A stretch of DNA of 37,547 bases from an uncultured Janthinobacterium sp. (GCA_964658025.1 CAZZXB010000008.1:4091-41637); one strand, 5' to 3'; positions 1 through 9,942 are shown, counted from the first letter of the stretch. Notes: generated from the sequence alone by a model not told the origin. Translations and numbers: made by a program.

Positions 1-462
1 GAACTGATACCAGAAGCGACGCGCTTGATCGAACGGTGGAATCGCGAAGCGTCCGTGCGGTTGGAAGCCGAGCGCGAGCGCGACGATGCTCCGGACGCGC
101 GACGGTGCGAGCGCGGCGAGCGAATACGCGGCGCGCGCGCCCCAATCGTGCCCGATCGCGTCGAACGTCTCGATGCCGAGCCCGTCCGCGAGCGCGAGCG
201 CGTCGCTCGCGAGGGCGACGCTGCGGCCGTCGCGCACGGCTTCCGCGACGAACGTGCTCGGGCCGTATCCGCGCAGGTACGGCGCGATCGTCCGATATCC
301 GTCGGCGTGCAGGTGCGGCGCGATCTCGCGCCACGCGCGGACGTCGTCGGGCCATCCGTGTAGCAAGAAGATCGGCCGGCCGTCGCGCGGCCCGCGATCT
401 TCGTACGCGATCCGGACGGTCGGCGTGTCGAAAAACGCGAGGGAGGGTGCGTGCGACTCCAT
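1..462 (-). CDS. Alpha/beta-fold hydrolase (epoxide hydrolase-like), 3' end runs off the window
   Basis: Not in the ORF track. Manual translation from ATG 462: MESHAPSLAFFDTPTVRIAYEDRGPRDGRPIFLLHGWPDD...IAPYLRGYGPS...IGHDWGARAAY. Has the HGWP oxyanion motif and GHDWG nucleophile elbow. Confidence 0.9.
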   Translation of the reverse strand, partial: MESHAPSLAFFDTPTVRIAYEDRGPRDGRPIFLLHGWPDDVRAWREIAPHLHADGYRTIAPYLRGYGPSTFVAEAVRDGRSVALASDALALADGLGIETFDAIGHDWGARAAYSLAALAPSRVRSIVALALGFQPHGRFAIPPFDQARRFWYQF

Positions 463-755
463 GCGGGTCAGTCCGCGATCGCGCTCGCGAAGTCATCCCG
501 CGTTTCGGAGCGCGACTCGGGCGCGTTCCGTTGGCGGCTCTGCGGGGCGCGAGCGCGGCGATCTCCGAGCGCGAGCGGACGCGAGCCCGACGGGGATGCC
601 GCGCGATACGGCATCGGCGCGCGACGCGGCGTCGAATCGTTTAGGACCGAAGCATCGCGACGTCGAGACGGAAACGCGAGCGTCGCGCCGGGGCGGCGCA
701 CGAAAAGATGTTTCGCACACGTGTGCCATAGGAAGGAGCGCCGCCGTTAGCGCGG

Positions 756-764
756 TGGTATAAT
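756..764 (+). promoter_or_regulatory. Extended -10 promoter element (TGnTATAAT)
   Basis: TGGTATAAT is a perfect sigma70 extended -10 in a very GC-rich background, about 70 nt upstream of the ORF at 833. Confidence 0.6.
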
Positions 765-832
765 GATCGCGTGCCCGGCGCCGTTCGCGGAGCCGATACC
801 CGAGAAGATGGAGAAACGACGGAGTCGATTCG

Positions 833-1036
833 ATGAGAAACATTACGATAACCGGAAGCGCGAGTCTGTACGTGGTCGCGCTGATCGTCGGCGGAACGAG
901 TTTCGCGGGGATATTCTTCTTCGAGCGGACGCCGTTCGTCGTGGCCGCGTGCGTCGCGGGGATGCTCTTCGCCGTCGGGCTCTGCGCCCACGCGCTGCGG
1001 ACGTTCGTCCGGTCGATGCGGACGCATCTGAACTAG
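833..1036 (+). CDS. Small hypothetical membrane protein (67 aa, two predicted TM helices)
   Basis: GGAG at 821-824 before the ATG; two hydrophobic stretches (LYVVALIVGGTSFAGIFFF, FVVAACVAGMLFAVGLCA); upstream TATAAT. Confidence 0.65.
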   Translation: MRNITITGSASLYVVALIVGGTSFAGIFFFERTPFVVAACVAGMLFAVGLCAHALRTFVRSMRTHLN

Positions 1037-1217
1037 CGAACCGCCCCGGCCCCTCTCCGAGTCGCAATTCCCATTTATGTGGTGAACCGACGAAAGAAAA
1101 GTTTGCGATTTTAGAAGTAGTTCTTTGCAATCGGGGAACATCTGTGGCGACGCGGTAAACCGGACCGTCGAGGGCCGGATCGCGCACGTATGGGGTTTTC
1201 CCCGGAGTCGAGGGATC

Positions 1218-2009
1218 ATGGCGTTTTCCGGTGCGATTTTCGATGTCGACGGCGTCCTCGTGGACTCGCCGCACGAGCTCGCGTGGCGCGAGTCCTTTCG
1301 CGCGCTGATGGAGGGCGCGTGGAAAGACGACGCTCCGAAAACGACGTACACCCCCGAGCGCTTTTCGCCCGCGGTCTATCAGAAGATCATGGCGGGGATG
1401 CCGCGCATGGCGGGTGCGCGCGCGGCGCTCGAATATTTCGGCGTCCCCGACGTCGAGCGTCGGGCCGGAGAATACGCCGAGGCGAAGCAGAAACAGGTCG
1501 TCGCGCTGATCGAAGCGGGCCGCTTCACGGCCTTCCCCGACGCCTTGCGTTTCATCCTCGCGGTCAAGGCGAGCGGCATCCCGGTCGCGTGCGCCTCGTC
1601 GTCGAAGAACGCCAACCTCTTCCTGCGCCAGATCCGGCTCGACACGTTCGCGAGCGAGAACGACCTCCGGTACGATTTCGTGAAGCCCGGACTCATGTTG
1701 CTCGACCTCTTCGATGCCGACGTCGCCGGCCGCGATTTCGAGCAGGGGAAGCCGCATCCGATGATCTTCTTGACGGCCGCGAAGGAACTCGGCGTCGATC
1801 CGCGTGGGTGCTTCGTCGTCGAGGATGCGACGAGCGGCATCCAGGCCGCGAAGGCGGGCGGGATGCTCGGGCTCGGGGTCGCACGACTCGACGATCGCGA
1901 GGTCCTCGCCGAGGCCGGCGCCGATCTCGTCGTCACGTCGCTCGACGACGTCTCGCTCGACGAGATCCGCTCGGGTTCGCTCGCCGAACGTCGCGTCGCG
2001 GCCGAGTAG
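1218..2009 (+). CDS. HAD-family hydrolase, beta-phosphoglucomutase-like
   Basis: FDVDGVLVDS, ASSSKNA, GKPHPMIF and VVEDATSGIQAA motifs. ATG 1218 follows GGAG/GAGG. Lies directly upstream of a GH65 gene. Confidence 0.85.
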   Translation: MAFSGAIFDVDGVLVDSPHELAWRESFRALMEGAWKDDAPKTTYTPERFSPAVYQKIMAGMPRMAGARAALEYFGVPDVERRAGEYAEAKQKQVVALIEAGRFTAFPDALRFILAVKASGIPVACASSSKNANLFLRQIRLDTFASENDLRYDFVKPGLMLLDLFDADVAGRDFEQGKPHPMIFLTAAKELGVDPRGCFVVEDATSGIQAAKAGGMLGLGVARLDDREVLAEAGADLVVTSLDDVSLDEIRSGSLAERRVAAE

Positions 2010-2015
2010 GGCGCG

Positions 2016-4439
2016 ATGATCGAAGTTCCGACCGGCGTCTGGGCGCTCGCCTACGACGGGTTCGACCCCACGCGTCAGGGCTTGCGCGAAGCGCTCTGCA
2101 CGCTCGGAAACGGCTACTTCGCCACGCGCGGGGCGCTCGCCGAAGCCGTCGCCGACGACGTCAACTATCCCGGCACGTACGTCGCCGGACTGTACAATCG
2201 CGTGACGACCGACGTCTCCGGTCGCGACGTCGAGAACGAAGATCTCGTCAACGCGCCGAACTGGCTTTCGTTCGCGTTCCGCATCGACGGCGGTCCGTGG
2301 TTCGACGTGAGCGCGTCGAACGTGCTCGAACATCGCGTCGAACTCGACATGCACGAAGGCGTGCTCTTGCGGCGCCTCCGGTGGGAAGACCCGAGCGGGA
2401 AACGGACCGCGATGGTCCAGCGACGGCTCGTGAGCATGCGCGACCAGCACCTCGCGGCGATCGAGGCGACGTTCGTCGCGGAGAACTGGTCGGGGACGCT
2501 GACGGTCCGCTCCGGCCTCGACGGCCGCGTCGTCAACGCCGGCGTCAAACGGTATCGCGATCTCAACGGCCGCCATCTCGTTCCGCTCGCCGCGGAGGAG
2601 GTCGGCCCCGAAACGATCGCCCTCGAAGTCGAGACGAATCAGTCGCAGGTTCGCATCGCCTTCGGCGCGCGCACCCGCGTCGTCGATGCGAACGGCACGC
2701 CGCAGGCGTCCACGCGCGCGCTCGTCGCGGAGTCGGGCTTCGTGGCTCACGACGTCTCGATCGCGCTCGAACGCGATCGTTTCGTCCACGTCGAGAAGAT
2801 CGTCGCGCTCTACACCTCGCGCGACCGCGCGATCTCGTCGTGCGGTCTCGAGGCGCGCGACGCGGCCTCGCGGGCGCCCGATTTCGAGGCGCTGCGCGTG
2901 CGCCACGCGCGCGCCTGGACGAGCCTGTGGGAACGCTTCGACATCGAACTCGATAGCGGCAACAACTGGAGCGAGATGGTGCTCCACCTGCACGAATTCC
3001 ATCTGTTGCAGACGGTCTCGCCGAACAGCATCCGGCTCGACGTCGGCGTCCCCGCGCGCGGTTGGCACGGCGAGGCGTACCGCGGTCACATCTTCTGGGA
3101 CGAGATGTTCATCTTCCCGTTCCTGAACTTCCAGCGACCCGTCCTCGCGCAGACGTTACTCGATTATCGCTACAACCGGCTCGACGCCGCGCGCGCGGCC
3201 GCGCGCGACGCGGGTTTCGCGGGCGCGATGTTTCCGTGGCAGAGCGGGAGCAACGGGCGCGAGGAGACCCAACAGGTCCACCTCAATCCCAAGTCCGGCC
3301 GCTGGTTGCCCGATCACTCGCACCTCCAGCGTCACGTGAACATCGCGATCGCCTACAACGTGTGGCAACACTACGTCGTCACCGGAAGCATCGCGTTCTT
3401 GCGCTTCACGGGCGCGGAGATGTTGGTCGAGATCGCGCGATTCTGGGCGAGCCTCACGACATATAACGAGCGCCTCGGACGGTACGAGATCAAGGGCGTC
3501 ATGGGTCCCGACGAATACCACGAGGGCTATCCCGATCGCGACGAGCCGGGCATCGACAACAACACCTACACGAACGTGATGGCCGTCTGGGTGTTGCGCC
3601 GCGCGATGGAAGCGCTCGACGCGCTCCCGGCGCACTATCGCAGCGAACTCGCGCTCGAGCTCGATTTCACGGACGACGAACTCGTGCATTGGCGCGACAT
3701 CGCGAAGAAGATGCGCGTCGTCTTCCACGACGACGGCGTCCTCGCGCAATTCGAGGGCTACGACAAGCTCTTGGAGTTCGATTGGGAAGGCTACCGCGAG
3801 AAGTACGGAAACGTGCAACGGCTCGATCGCGTCCTCGAAGCGGAGGGCGACAGCCCCAACCGTTACCAGCTCTCGAAACAGGCCGACGTCCTCATGTTGC
3901 TTTTCGTGCTCACGCGGGACGAACTGCGCGAGGTGTTGCGCGAACTCGGCTACGAGGTGACCGAAGACCAGCTCGCGCGGACGGTGAAGTACTATCTCGC
4001 CCGCACGGCGCACGGGTCGACGCTCAGCGGCATCGTGAGCACGTGGGTGCTCGCGCGAACCGATCCGAGCGAAGCGTGGAAGACCTTCAAGCACGCGCTC
4101 GAGAGCGACGTCTCCGACGTGCAGGGCGGCACGACGGCCGAAGGGATCCACCTCGGCGCGATGGCCGGAACGGTCGATCTCGTCCAGCGACGACTCACCG
4201 GAATGCGCGCGGGCGAGCGCGGATTGCGTTTCGATCCCGCGCTCCCGCCCGACGTGAAGTTCCTGCGCTTCAGCGTTCACTTCCGCGGCCACCGCATCGA
4301 GATCGAACTGACGGAGCATCGCCTGCGTCTCACGTCGCGACCGAGCACGGCCGCGCCGATCCGCATCGTCGTGCGCGACGAGTCGGTCGAGCTCGTGCAA
4401 GGAACGTCCGCCGACTTCGCGCTCGTCTCCGCATCGTGA
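2016..4439 (+). CDS. Glycoside hydrolase family 65 phosphorylase (trehalose/trehalose-6-phosphate phosphorylase-like)
   Basis: EALCTLGNGYFATRG, PARGWHGEAYRGHIFWDE, VMGPDEYH, KQADVLML, HGSTLS and EGIHLGAMAG motifs; 807 aa. Confidence 0.93.
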   Translation: MIEVPTGVWALAYDGFDPTRQGLREALCTLGNGYFATRGALAEAVADDVNYPGTYVAGLYNRVTTDVSGRDVENEDLVNAPNWLSFAFRIDGGPWFDVSASNVLEHRVELDMHEGVLLRRLRWEDPSGKRTAMVQRRLVSMRDQHLAAIEATFVAENWSGTLTVRSGLDGRVVNAGVKRYRDLNGRHLVPLAAEEVGPETIALEVETNQSQVRIAFGARTRVVDANGTPQASTRALVAESGFVAHDVSIALERDRFVHVEKIVALYTSRDRAISSCGLEARDAASRAPDFEALRVRHARAWTSLWERFDIELDSGNNWSEMVLHLHEFHLLQTVSPNSIRLDVGVPARGWHGEAYRGHIFWDEMFIFPFLNFQRPVLAQTLLDYRYNRLDAARAAARDAGFAGAMFPWQSGSNGREETQQVHLNPKSGRWLPDHSHLQRHVNIAIAYNVWQHYVVTGSIAFLRFTGAEMLVEIARFWASLTTYNERLGRYEIKGVMGPDEYHEGYPDRDEPGIDNNTYTNVMAVWVLRRAMEALDALPAHYRSELALELDFTDDELVHWRDIAKKMRVVFHDDGVLAQFEGYDKLLEFDWEGYREKYGNVQRLDRVLEAEGDSPNRYQLSKQADVLMLLFVLTRDELREVLRELGYEVTEDQLARTVKYYLARTAHGSTLSGIVSTWVLARTDPSEAWKTFKHALESDVSDVQGGTTAEGIHLGAMAGTVDLVQRRLTGMRAGERGLRFDPALPPDVKFLRFSVHFRGHRIEIELTEHRLRLTSRPSTAAPIRIVVRDESVELVQGTSADFALVSAS

Positions 4440-5254
4440 GCGCCGAAAGCGCGCTGTCGGACGACGTCGTCGCTCGCTTTCGCGCGCGCGCCGCGGAGAC
4501 CGCGCTCTGCATCGATTTCGACGGCACGCTCGCCCCGATCGTCGACGATCCGACGACGGCGCGCCCGCTCGACGGCGTCGTCGCGTCGCTCGCGCGTCTC
4601 GCGCGCGGCTACGCCGCGGTGGCGCTCGTCTCGGGTCGGCCGGCCGCCTTCCTCGCCGAACGCGCGCCCGCGCACGGCGTCCGCTATCTCGGTCTCTACG
4701 GCCTCGAAGAATCGCTCGACGGCACGACGACGGTCGATCCGCGGATCGCCGCGCTCCAACCCGCCGTCGACGCCGCGAAAGACGACGTCCGCGCGGCGTC
4801 GGCGATCGTCGCCTGCGACGCGTACGTCGAGGACAAGGGTTCGGGCGTCGCGGTCCATCTACGGCGCGTCGCCGATCCCGCGCGCTGGACCGCCGCGGTC
4901 GATGCCGAAGTCCGCGCGATCGCAGAACGCCGCGGTCTCGAACTCGTCCCCGGAAAACTCGTGTGGGAACTGCGCCCGAACGTCCGGGCCGACAAGGGCG
5001 ATGCGGTACGTCGCGTCGTCGCGGAGTCGGGCGCGCGCGGGCTCGTCGTCATCGGGGACGATCTCGGCGACATTCCCGCATTCGTCGCGGCGCGCGCGCT
5101 CGCGGAACGCGGCGCGGACGTCCTCTGCGTCGGCGTCCGCTCGGACGAGATGCCCGAAGATTTACGCAATGCCGCCGACGTCGTCGTCGACGGTCCGGAC
5201 GGCGTACGAGCCATGCTCTCGCGCATGGAATCGCCGGACGAACGAATTCGGTAG
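4436..5254 (+). CDS. otsB: Trehalose-6-phosphate phosphatase
   Basis: GTGA overlap with the GH65 stop. IDFDGTLAPIVDDP, VSGRP, GLYGLE, EDKG, WELRP..DKG and IGDDLGD motifs. This is the C-terminal part of track ORF 3689..5254. Confidence 0.9.
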   Translation: MSAESALSDDVVARFRARAAETALCIDFDGTLAPIVDDPTTARPLDGVVASLARLARGYAAVALVSGRPAAFLAERAPAHGVRYLGLYGLEESLDGTTTVDPRIAALQPAVDAAKDDVRAASAIVACDAYVEDKGSGVAVHLRRVADPARWTAAVDAEVRAIAERRGLELVPGKLVWELRPNVRADKGDAVRRVVAESGARGLVVIGDDLGDIPAFVAARALAERGADVLCVGVRSDEMPEDLRNAADVVVDGPDGVRAMLSRMESPDERIR

Positions 5255-5266
5255 AGAGAGGTCGAT

Positions 5267-6703
5267 ATGAACGAACCTGGAGTGGTAACGGCGCCCATCC
5301 CGAGCGGCAACGAACAGGAATCGGATTCGTCCGGAACCGTCTTATTGCTTTCGTCGGTCGCGGCGCTCGGCGGATTCTTATTCGGGTACGATAGCGCCGT
5401 CATCAACGGCGCCGTCTCGGCGATCGGCACGCATTTCGCCGCCGACGCGGGCGCGCTCGGGTTGACGGTGTCGTCCGCGCTCATCGGCGCGGCGGCGGGT
5501 GCGCTCGTCGCGGGACGCGTCGCCGATAATTACGGACGGCTCGCCGCGATGCGCGTCGCGGCGCTCCTGTTCGTGATCAGCGCGATCGGCTCGGGGCTCG
5601 CGAACTCGTTGACCGTCCTCGCGATCTTCCGCGTGATCGGCGGCGTGGCCGTCGGCATCGCGTCGGTGATCGCGCCCGCGTACATCGCCGAGATCGCGCC
5701 CGCGAGCATCCGCGGCCGACTCGGATCGTTACAACAACTCGCGATCGTCTCGGGGATCTTTCTCTCGCTCCTCGTCGACTACGCGATCTCGTCGACCGCC
5801 GGGAGCCCGCGCGCCGTTTGGGTCGGCGGGCTCGAGGCGTGGCGATGGATGTTCATCGCGATGACGCTTCCGGCGATCGTGTACGGCGTGCTGTCGCTGA
5901 CGATCCCCGAATCGCCGCGTTACCTGCTCGCGAAGGGTCGCATCGACGAAGCGCGTCAGGTCCTCGAGCGCGTCCTCGGCGAACGCGGACTCACCGCGAA
6001 GATCTCTCAGATCCGTCAATCGCTCGCGACCGACAAGGTCCCGAGTTGGAGCGACCTGCGCGGTCCCGCGTTGGGCTTGCTGCCGATCGTCTGGGTCGGC
6101 ATCGGGCTCTCGGTCTTCCAACAGTTCGTCGGCATCAACGTCATCTTTTACTACTCGAGCGTGCTGTGGCAAGCGGTCGGATTCTCGGAGAACAATTCGC
6201 TGCTCATCACGGTCATCACGAGCGTGGTGAACGTCGTGACGACGCTCGTCGCGATCTCGCTCATCGACCGCTGGGGTCGTAAACCGCTCTTACTCGTCGG
6301 CTCGGTCGGCATGGCGATCACGCTCGGCATCCTCGCCTTCGTCTTCGGCGGCGCCCCGCTCGACGCGCACGGCCAACCGCACCTCACCGGATCCGCCGGA
6401 CCGCTCGCGCTCGTGGCGGCGAACGTCTACGTCTTCGCCTTCGGGATGTCGTGGGGTCCGGTCGTGTGGGTCTTACTCGGCGAAAAATTCCCGAACCACA
6501 TCCGCGCGGCCGCCCTCTCCGTCGCCGCGTCGGCGCAGTGGATCGCGAACTGGGTGATCTCCACGTCGTTCCCGTCGCTGAAGAACGCGGGCCTCGGGCT
6601 CGCCTACGGGCTCTACACGGCCTTCGCGGTCCTGTCGTTCTTGTTCGTGTTACGGTTCGTTCAGGAAAGCAAGGGGCGAGAACTCGAAGATATGTCGGGT
6701 TGA
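5267..6703 (+). CDS. MFS sugar porter (GlcP/XylE-like)
   Basis: GGFLFGYDSAVING, PAYIAEIAPASIRGRLGSLQQ, PESPRYL, QQFVGINVIFYY, DRWGRKPLL and ESKGRELE motifs. Confidence 0.93.
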   Translation: MNEPGVVTAPIPSGNEQESDSSGTVLLLSSVAALGGFLFGYDSAVINGAVSAIGTHFAADAGALGLTVSSALIGAAAGALVAGRVADNYGRLAAMRVAALLFVISAIGSGLANSLTVLAIFRVIGGVAVGIASVIAPAYIAEIAPASIRGRLGSLQQLAIVSGIFLSLLVDYAISSTAGSPRAVWVGGLEAWRWMFIAMTLPAIVYGVLSLTIPESPRYLLAKGRIDEARQVLERVLGERGLTAKISQIRQSLATDKVPSWSDLRGPALGLLPIVWVGIGLSVFQQFVGINVIFYYSSVLWQAVGFSENNSLLITVITSVVNVVTTLVAISLIDRWGRKPLLLVGSVGMAITLGILAFVFGGAPLDAHGQPHLTGSAGPLALVAANVYVFAFGMSWGPVVWVLLGEKFPNHIRAAALSVAASAQWIANWVISTSFPSLKNAGLGLAYGLYTAFAVLSFLFVLRFVQESKGRELEDMSG

Positions 6704-6715
6704 TCCGAGGATCGT

Positions 6716-6761
6716 ACCGACCCGTCGTTCGATGCGGTTCGCCCATCGACGTCGGGTCGGT
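6716..6761. terminator. Long hairpin between convergent genes (putative terminator)
   Basis: ACCGACCCG (6716-6724) pairs with CGGGTCGGT (6753-6761), with an inner CGATG/CATCG stem. No U-tract. Confidence 0.45.
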
Positions 6762-6812
6762 CGACGCCGGCGGCCGGCGGAAGTCGTGGGCTCACGCGAT
6801 CGGATCGACACG

Positions 6813-8192
6813 TCACACGAGACGGACGTGGGTCTTTTTCTTCCAGACGAGATGATAGTAGATCGCCTGTCCCGCGAGACCCGCGACGAACGCCGCGGGG
6901 TAGCCGTACCAGACGCCGTCGAGGCCGATGCGGTGCGACGTGACGACGGCGACGGGAACTTCGACGAGCCAGATCGAGAGGATCGAGATCGCGGTCGGCC
7001 AGAGGACGGTGCCCGTCGAGATCATGATCGCCGAAAGGACGCGCGCGTTGCCGAAGATCGCGTAGCTCCAGAGCGTGATCGCTAAGAGATGCCGCGCGAT
7101 CGCTTCGGTCTCGGGGGATTTCACGAAGAGCCCGATGATAGCGGATGCGAAGATGTAGACGACGACGATCAGGATGCCTTCGATCGCATAGTTGAGCGCG
7201 GTCGCGGAACGTACGATCGCGCCGAGCCGGTCCGTGCGCGCCGCGCCGATCGACTGCGCGCCGAAGATCGAGGATGCGATGCCGATCGAGATCGCCGGGA
7301 ACTGCACGTAGCTCACGACCTGATTGACCGCGCCGTATGCCGCGAGCGCGTTCGAGCCGTAACGATTGACGAGCGAGAGGAGCGCGATCTCGGAGAGCGA
7401 GACCATCGTGAGGTTGATGCTCGTCGGAATCCCGATCTTCGCGATCGCGCGCGCGATATCGCCGCGGATGCGGAAGTTACGCAGTAACGCCGCGTCGAGC
7501 GCGAGCGGGTCTTTCTTGATCCCGAGGTAGACGAGCAGGCCGACGAGGGCGAGCGCCGTCGAGACGATGTTCCCGAGTGCCGCACCGTTCGTCCCGAACT
7601 TCGGCGTCCCGAAGCTTCCCAGAATGAAGATCGGCGTGATCGCGAAGGTCAGCGCCGTGCTGACGATCAGCACGAAGAACGGCGTCCGCGTGTCGCCGAC
7701 GCCGCGCAGAAACGTCGTGTACACGAGGTAGACGAACAAGAGCGGGAGCGACGCGAACGCGAAGCGCGCGTACGAAGCCGACGTCTCGAGGATGTCGCTC
7801 GGCGTCGCGAGCAGGACGAGGATATCGCGCGAGAAGACCATGCCGATCGCGCCGAGCACGGTCCCGAGTCCGAGCGCGAGCGCGAGCGAGGTTCCGGCGA
7901 TCTGTTTCACGCGCACGGGATCGCGCGCGCCGAACGCCTGACCGATGAGGACGCTACTCGCCGAGGCGAGTCCGATCAGCGCGGAGATGAGGAAGAAGAC
8001 GAGCGGGAAGATCGCCGAGACCGCGGCGAGCGATCTCACGCCGACGAGCCGTCCGAGATAGACGGCGTTCGCCGACTGCCCGAGCGACTGAAGCACGTTG
8101 CTGAGCATCAACGGAACGAGGAACACGAGCATCGTGCGCCAGATCGGCTTCGTGTCGTCGATCGTGAAACGACCCTTCGCCGCCGCGCTCAT
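6813..8192 (-). CDS. MATE family efflux transporter
   Basis: PLMLSNVLQSL, LRGVGDTRTPF, IGIPTS, ALAAYG and GLDGVW motifs. ATG 8192 overlaps the rqcH stop (ATGA). Confidence 0.9.
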   Translation of the reverse strand: MSAAAKGRFTIDDTKPIWRTMLVFLVPLMLSNVLQSLGQSANAVYLGRLVGVRSLAAVSAIFPLVFFLISALIGLASASSVLIGQAFGARDPVRVKQIAGTSLALALGLGTVLGAIGMVFSRDILVLLATPSDILETSASYARFAFASLPLLFVYLVYTTFLRGVGDTRTPFFVLIVSTALTFAITPIFILGSFGTPKFGTNGAALGNIVSTALALVGLLVYLGIKKDPLALDAALLRNFRIRGDIARAIAKIGIPTSINLTMVSLSEIALLSLVNRYGSNALAAYGAVNQVVSYVQFPAISIGIASSIFGAQSIGAARTDRLGAIVRSATALNYAIEGILIVVVYIFASAIIGLFVKSPETEAIARHLLAITLWSYAIFGNARVLSAIMISTGTVLWPTAISILSIWLVEVPVAVVTSHRIGLDGVWYGYPAAFVAGLAGQAIYYHLVWKKKTHVRLV

Positions 8193-9855
8193 GCGAGCGG
8201 TGCGACGAGGAGCGTTTTCGCGTTCGTATACCACACGAGACCGGGCGGAGCGTTCTGTCGGCGGCGCACGTATTTGCGTTCGGTGTAATCGACGGCGACC
8301 TTTTCCGACTCGCGCGCTTTCGAATAATGCGCGGCGAGCTCGGCCGAACGGCGGAGTTCGTGCTCCGTCGCGGGACGCTGCGAATCGATCCGCAACACGA
8401 CGTGCGCGCCCGGCGTCGCGCGTGCGTGGAACCAGAGATCGCTCGGACGCGCGAACGTGAAGGTCAGCTCCGCGTTACCGCGCGGCGAGCGACCGACGTA
8501 CGCGCGCGCGTCTTCCGCGAGCTTCACGTCGAGCGGTTTGCGCTTGCGCGCGCGCTCGTTCGGCTTCACCGGGGCCTTCCGACGCTCGAGTCGATCGAAC
8601 GAATCCGCGACGTCGTCGAGCGTCTCCGGTTCGGCGCGTTCGGCTTCCCAGGCGAGTTCGAGTGCGAAGCGGCGCGCGGTGTCGAGTTCGCCGAGCCGAC
8701 GCTCGACGTGCGCGAGTTTAGCGGTCGCCTTCCGATAGCGTTTGAAGATCGCGGCGGCGTTCGCTTTCGCGTCGAGCTCGGGATCGAGCGCGATCGTCAC
8801 GCTCGGATCGCTCGCGGGGACGAACGCGGAAACGTGCGCCGGCACCTCCGCGAGGTGCGCGTAGAGCAATTCGCCCGCGCGTCGGAGCCGGTCGCGGCCG
8901 CTCGCATCGTCGCGTGCGGCGTCTTCGCGTTTCTCGGTCGCGCGCGCAGACGCGCGCGGCGCGATGCGAACGCCCCGAGCGATCGTTCGCGCGCTTCGGT
9001 GGCGAGCGAGGCCGAGACGAGCGGCGCGATCTCGGGTACGCGCGACGTCGCGAGATGGGCGTACTGCGCGAGCGGATAGACGTGACACTGCACGAGCCGC
9101 TCGCCGTCGCGATAGGCGAACACGTCGCCGATTCCGTGCGGGTCGCCGTCCGTCGAGGAGACGACCGCGGCGGCACGACGCCGCATCACCTCGTCGAGAC
9201 CCGCCACGGCACCGAGCGCGGCGGCTTCGTACACGAGCGACTCGGCGACGAGCGGCGGGACGAGCGGCACGGCGGCGCGCAGCGCACGGACGGCGATGCC
9301 GCGCGACGCCGCGTCGTCGCCTCGCGCGAGCACCGCGAACGCCGCCGCGAGCGCGCCCGGGAGTTCCGCGAAGACCGGGAGCGGCGGCGGTTCGTACGCG
9401 TCGCCCACGACGGTCGCGCGGACCGCCGCACCGCGCGAGAACTCGCGCGCCGCGGCGACGATCGTATCGTCTTTGAGTAAGACGAGATTTCCGAAACGCG
9501 GCGTGAGCTCGCAGACGAGCCGGTACCCCGTCTTCACGCCGAAACGCGACTGCGCCGAACACTCGATCGCGATCAGACGATCGCCGCGGCGCGCGCGCAC
9601 GGCGTCGACGCGCAGACCGACGAGCGCGTCCTCGAACGCGCGCGACCACCCGCCGTCGCTCCGCGGAACCTCGAGCTCGGAGTCGAGCGAGACGATCGGC
9701 GTCGGCGAAAACGGATCGAGCACGAGACCGACCTTGCCCGCGACGATCCCGAACCGATCGTCCCCGAGACGCCCCGCGTGCGAGATCCGTTTTCCGCGCA
9801 CCGCACGATCGATCTCCGCGGCGAGACGCCGCACGATCAACCAATCCGTTCTCAC
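8189..9855 (-). pseudogene. rqcH: NFACT/RqcH (Rqc2, FbpA-like) ribosome quality-control protein, frameshifted near 8925-8950
   Basis: N-terminal half in ORF 8797..9855 (LVCELTPRFGNLVLL). C-terminal half in ORF 8189..9898 (AGELLYAH, IALDPELDAKANAAAIFKRYRK, VGRSPRGN, DLWFHARATPGAHVVLR, AAHYSKA, VDYTERKYV, PPGLVWY). Span is 1667 nt (3n+2). May be an assembly error. Confidence 0.8.
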
Positions 9856-9860
9856 GACGC

Positions 9861-9941
9861 GCGTACCGTCGGAATGACGCGACCGTCGCTCGGCGCATTT
9901 CCGCTCTCGGTTCGCGTCACGTTAATGCGAGAACGGTACGC
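9861..9941 (-). promoter_or_regulatory. Nested stem-loop element between the tamB stop and rqcH start
   Basis: Outer 9-bp inverted repeat (9861-9869/9933-9941), inner 8-bp plus 3-bp stem (9875-9885/9908-9919), and a GCG-GAAA-TGC tetraloop on the minus strand. Confidence 0.45.
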
Positions 9942-9942
9942 T

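Noticed and set aside
463..750. Possible small ORFs 468..701 (-) and 493..729 (-)
   Set aside because: No SD, no motif and low-complexity translation; left unassigned.
843..3089. Long antisense and alternate-frame ORFs (e.g. 843..3089 -, 12421..15204 +, 16745..18418 +, 27574..28464 +)
   Set aside because: Arg/Ala-rich shadow ORFs typical of high-GC DNA, overlapping well-supported genes and lacking motifs.
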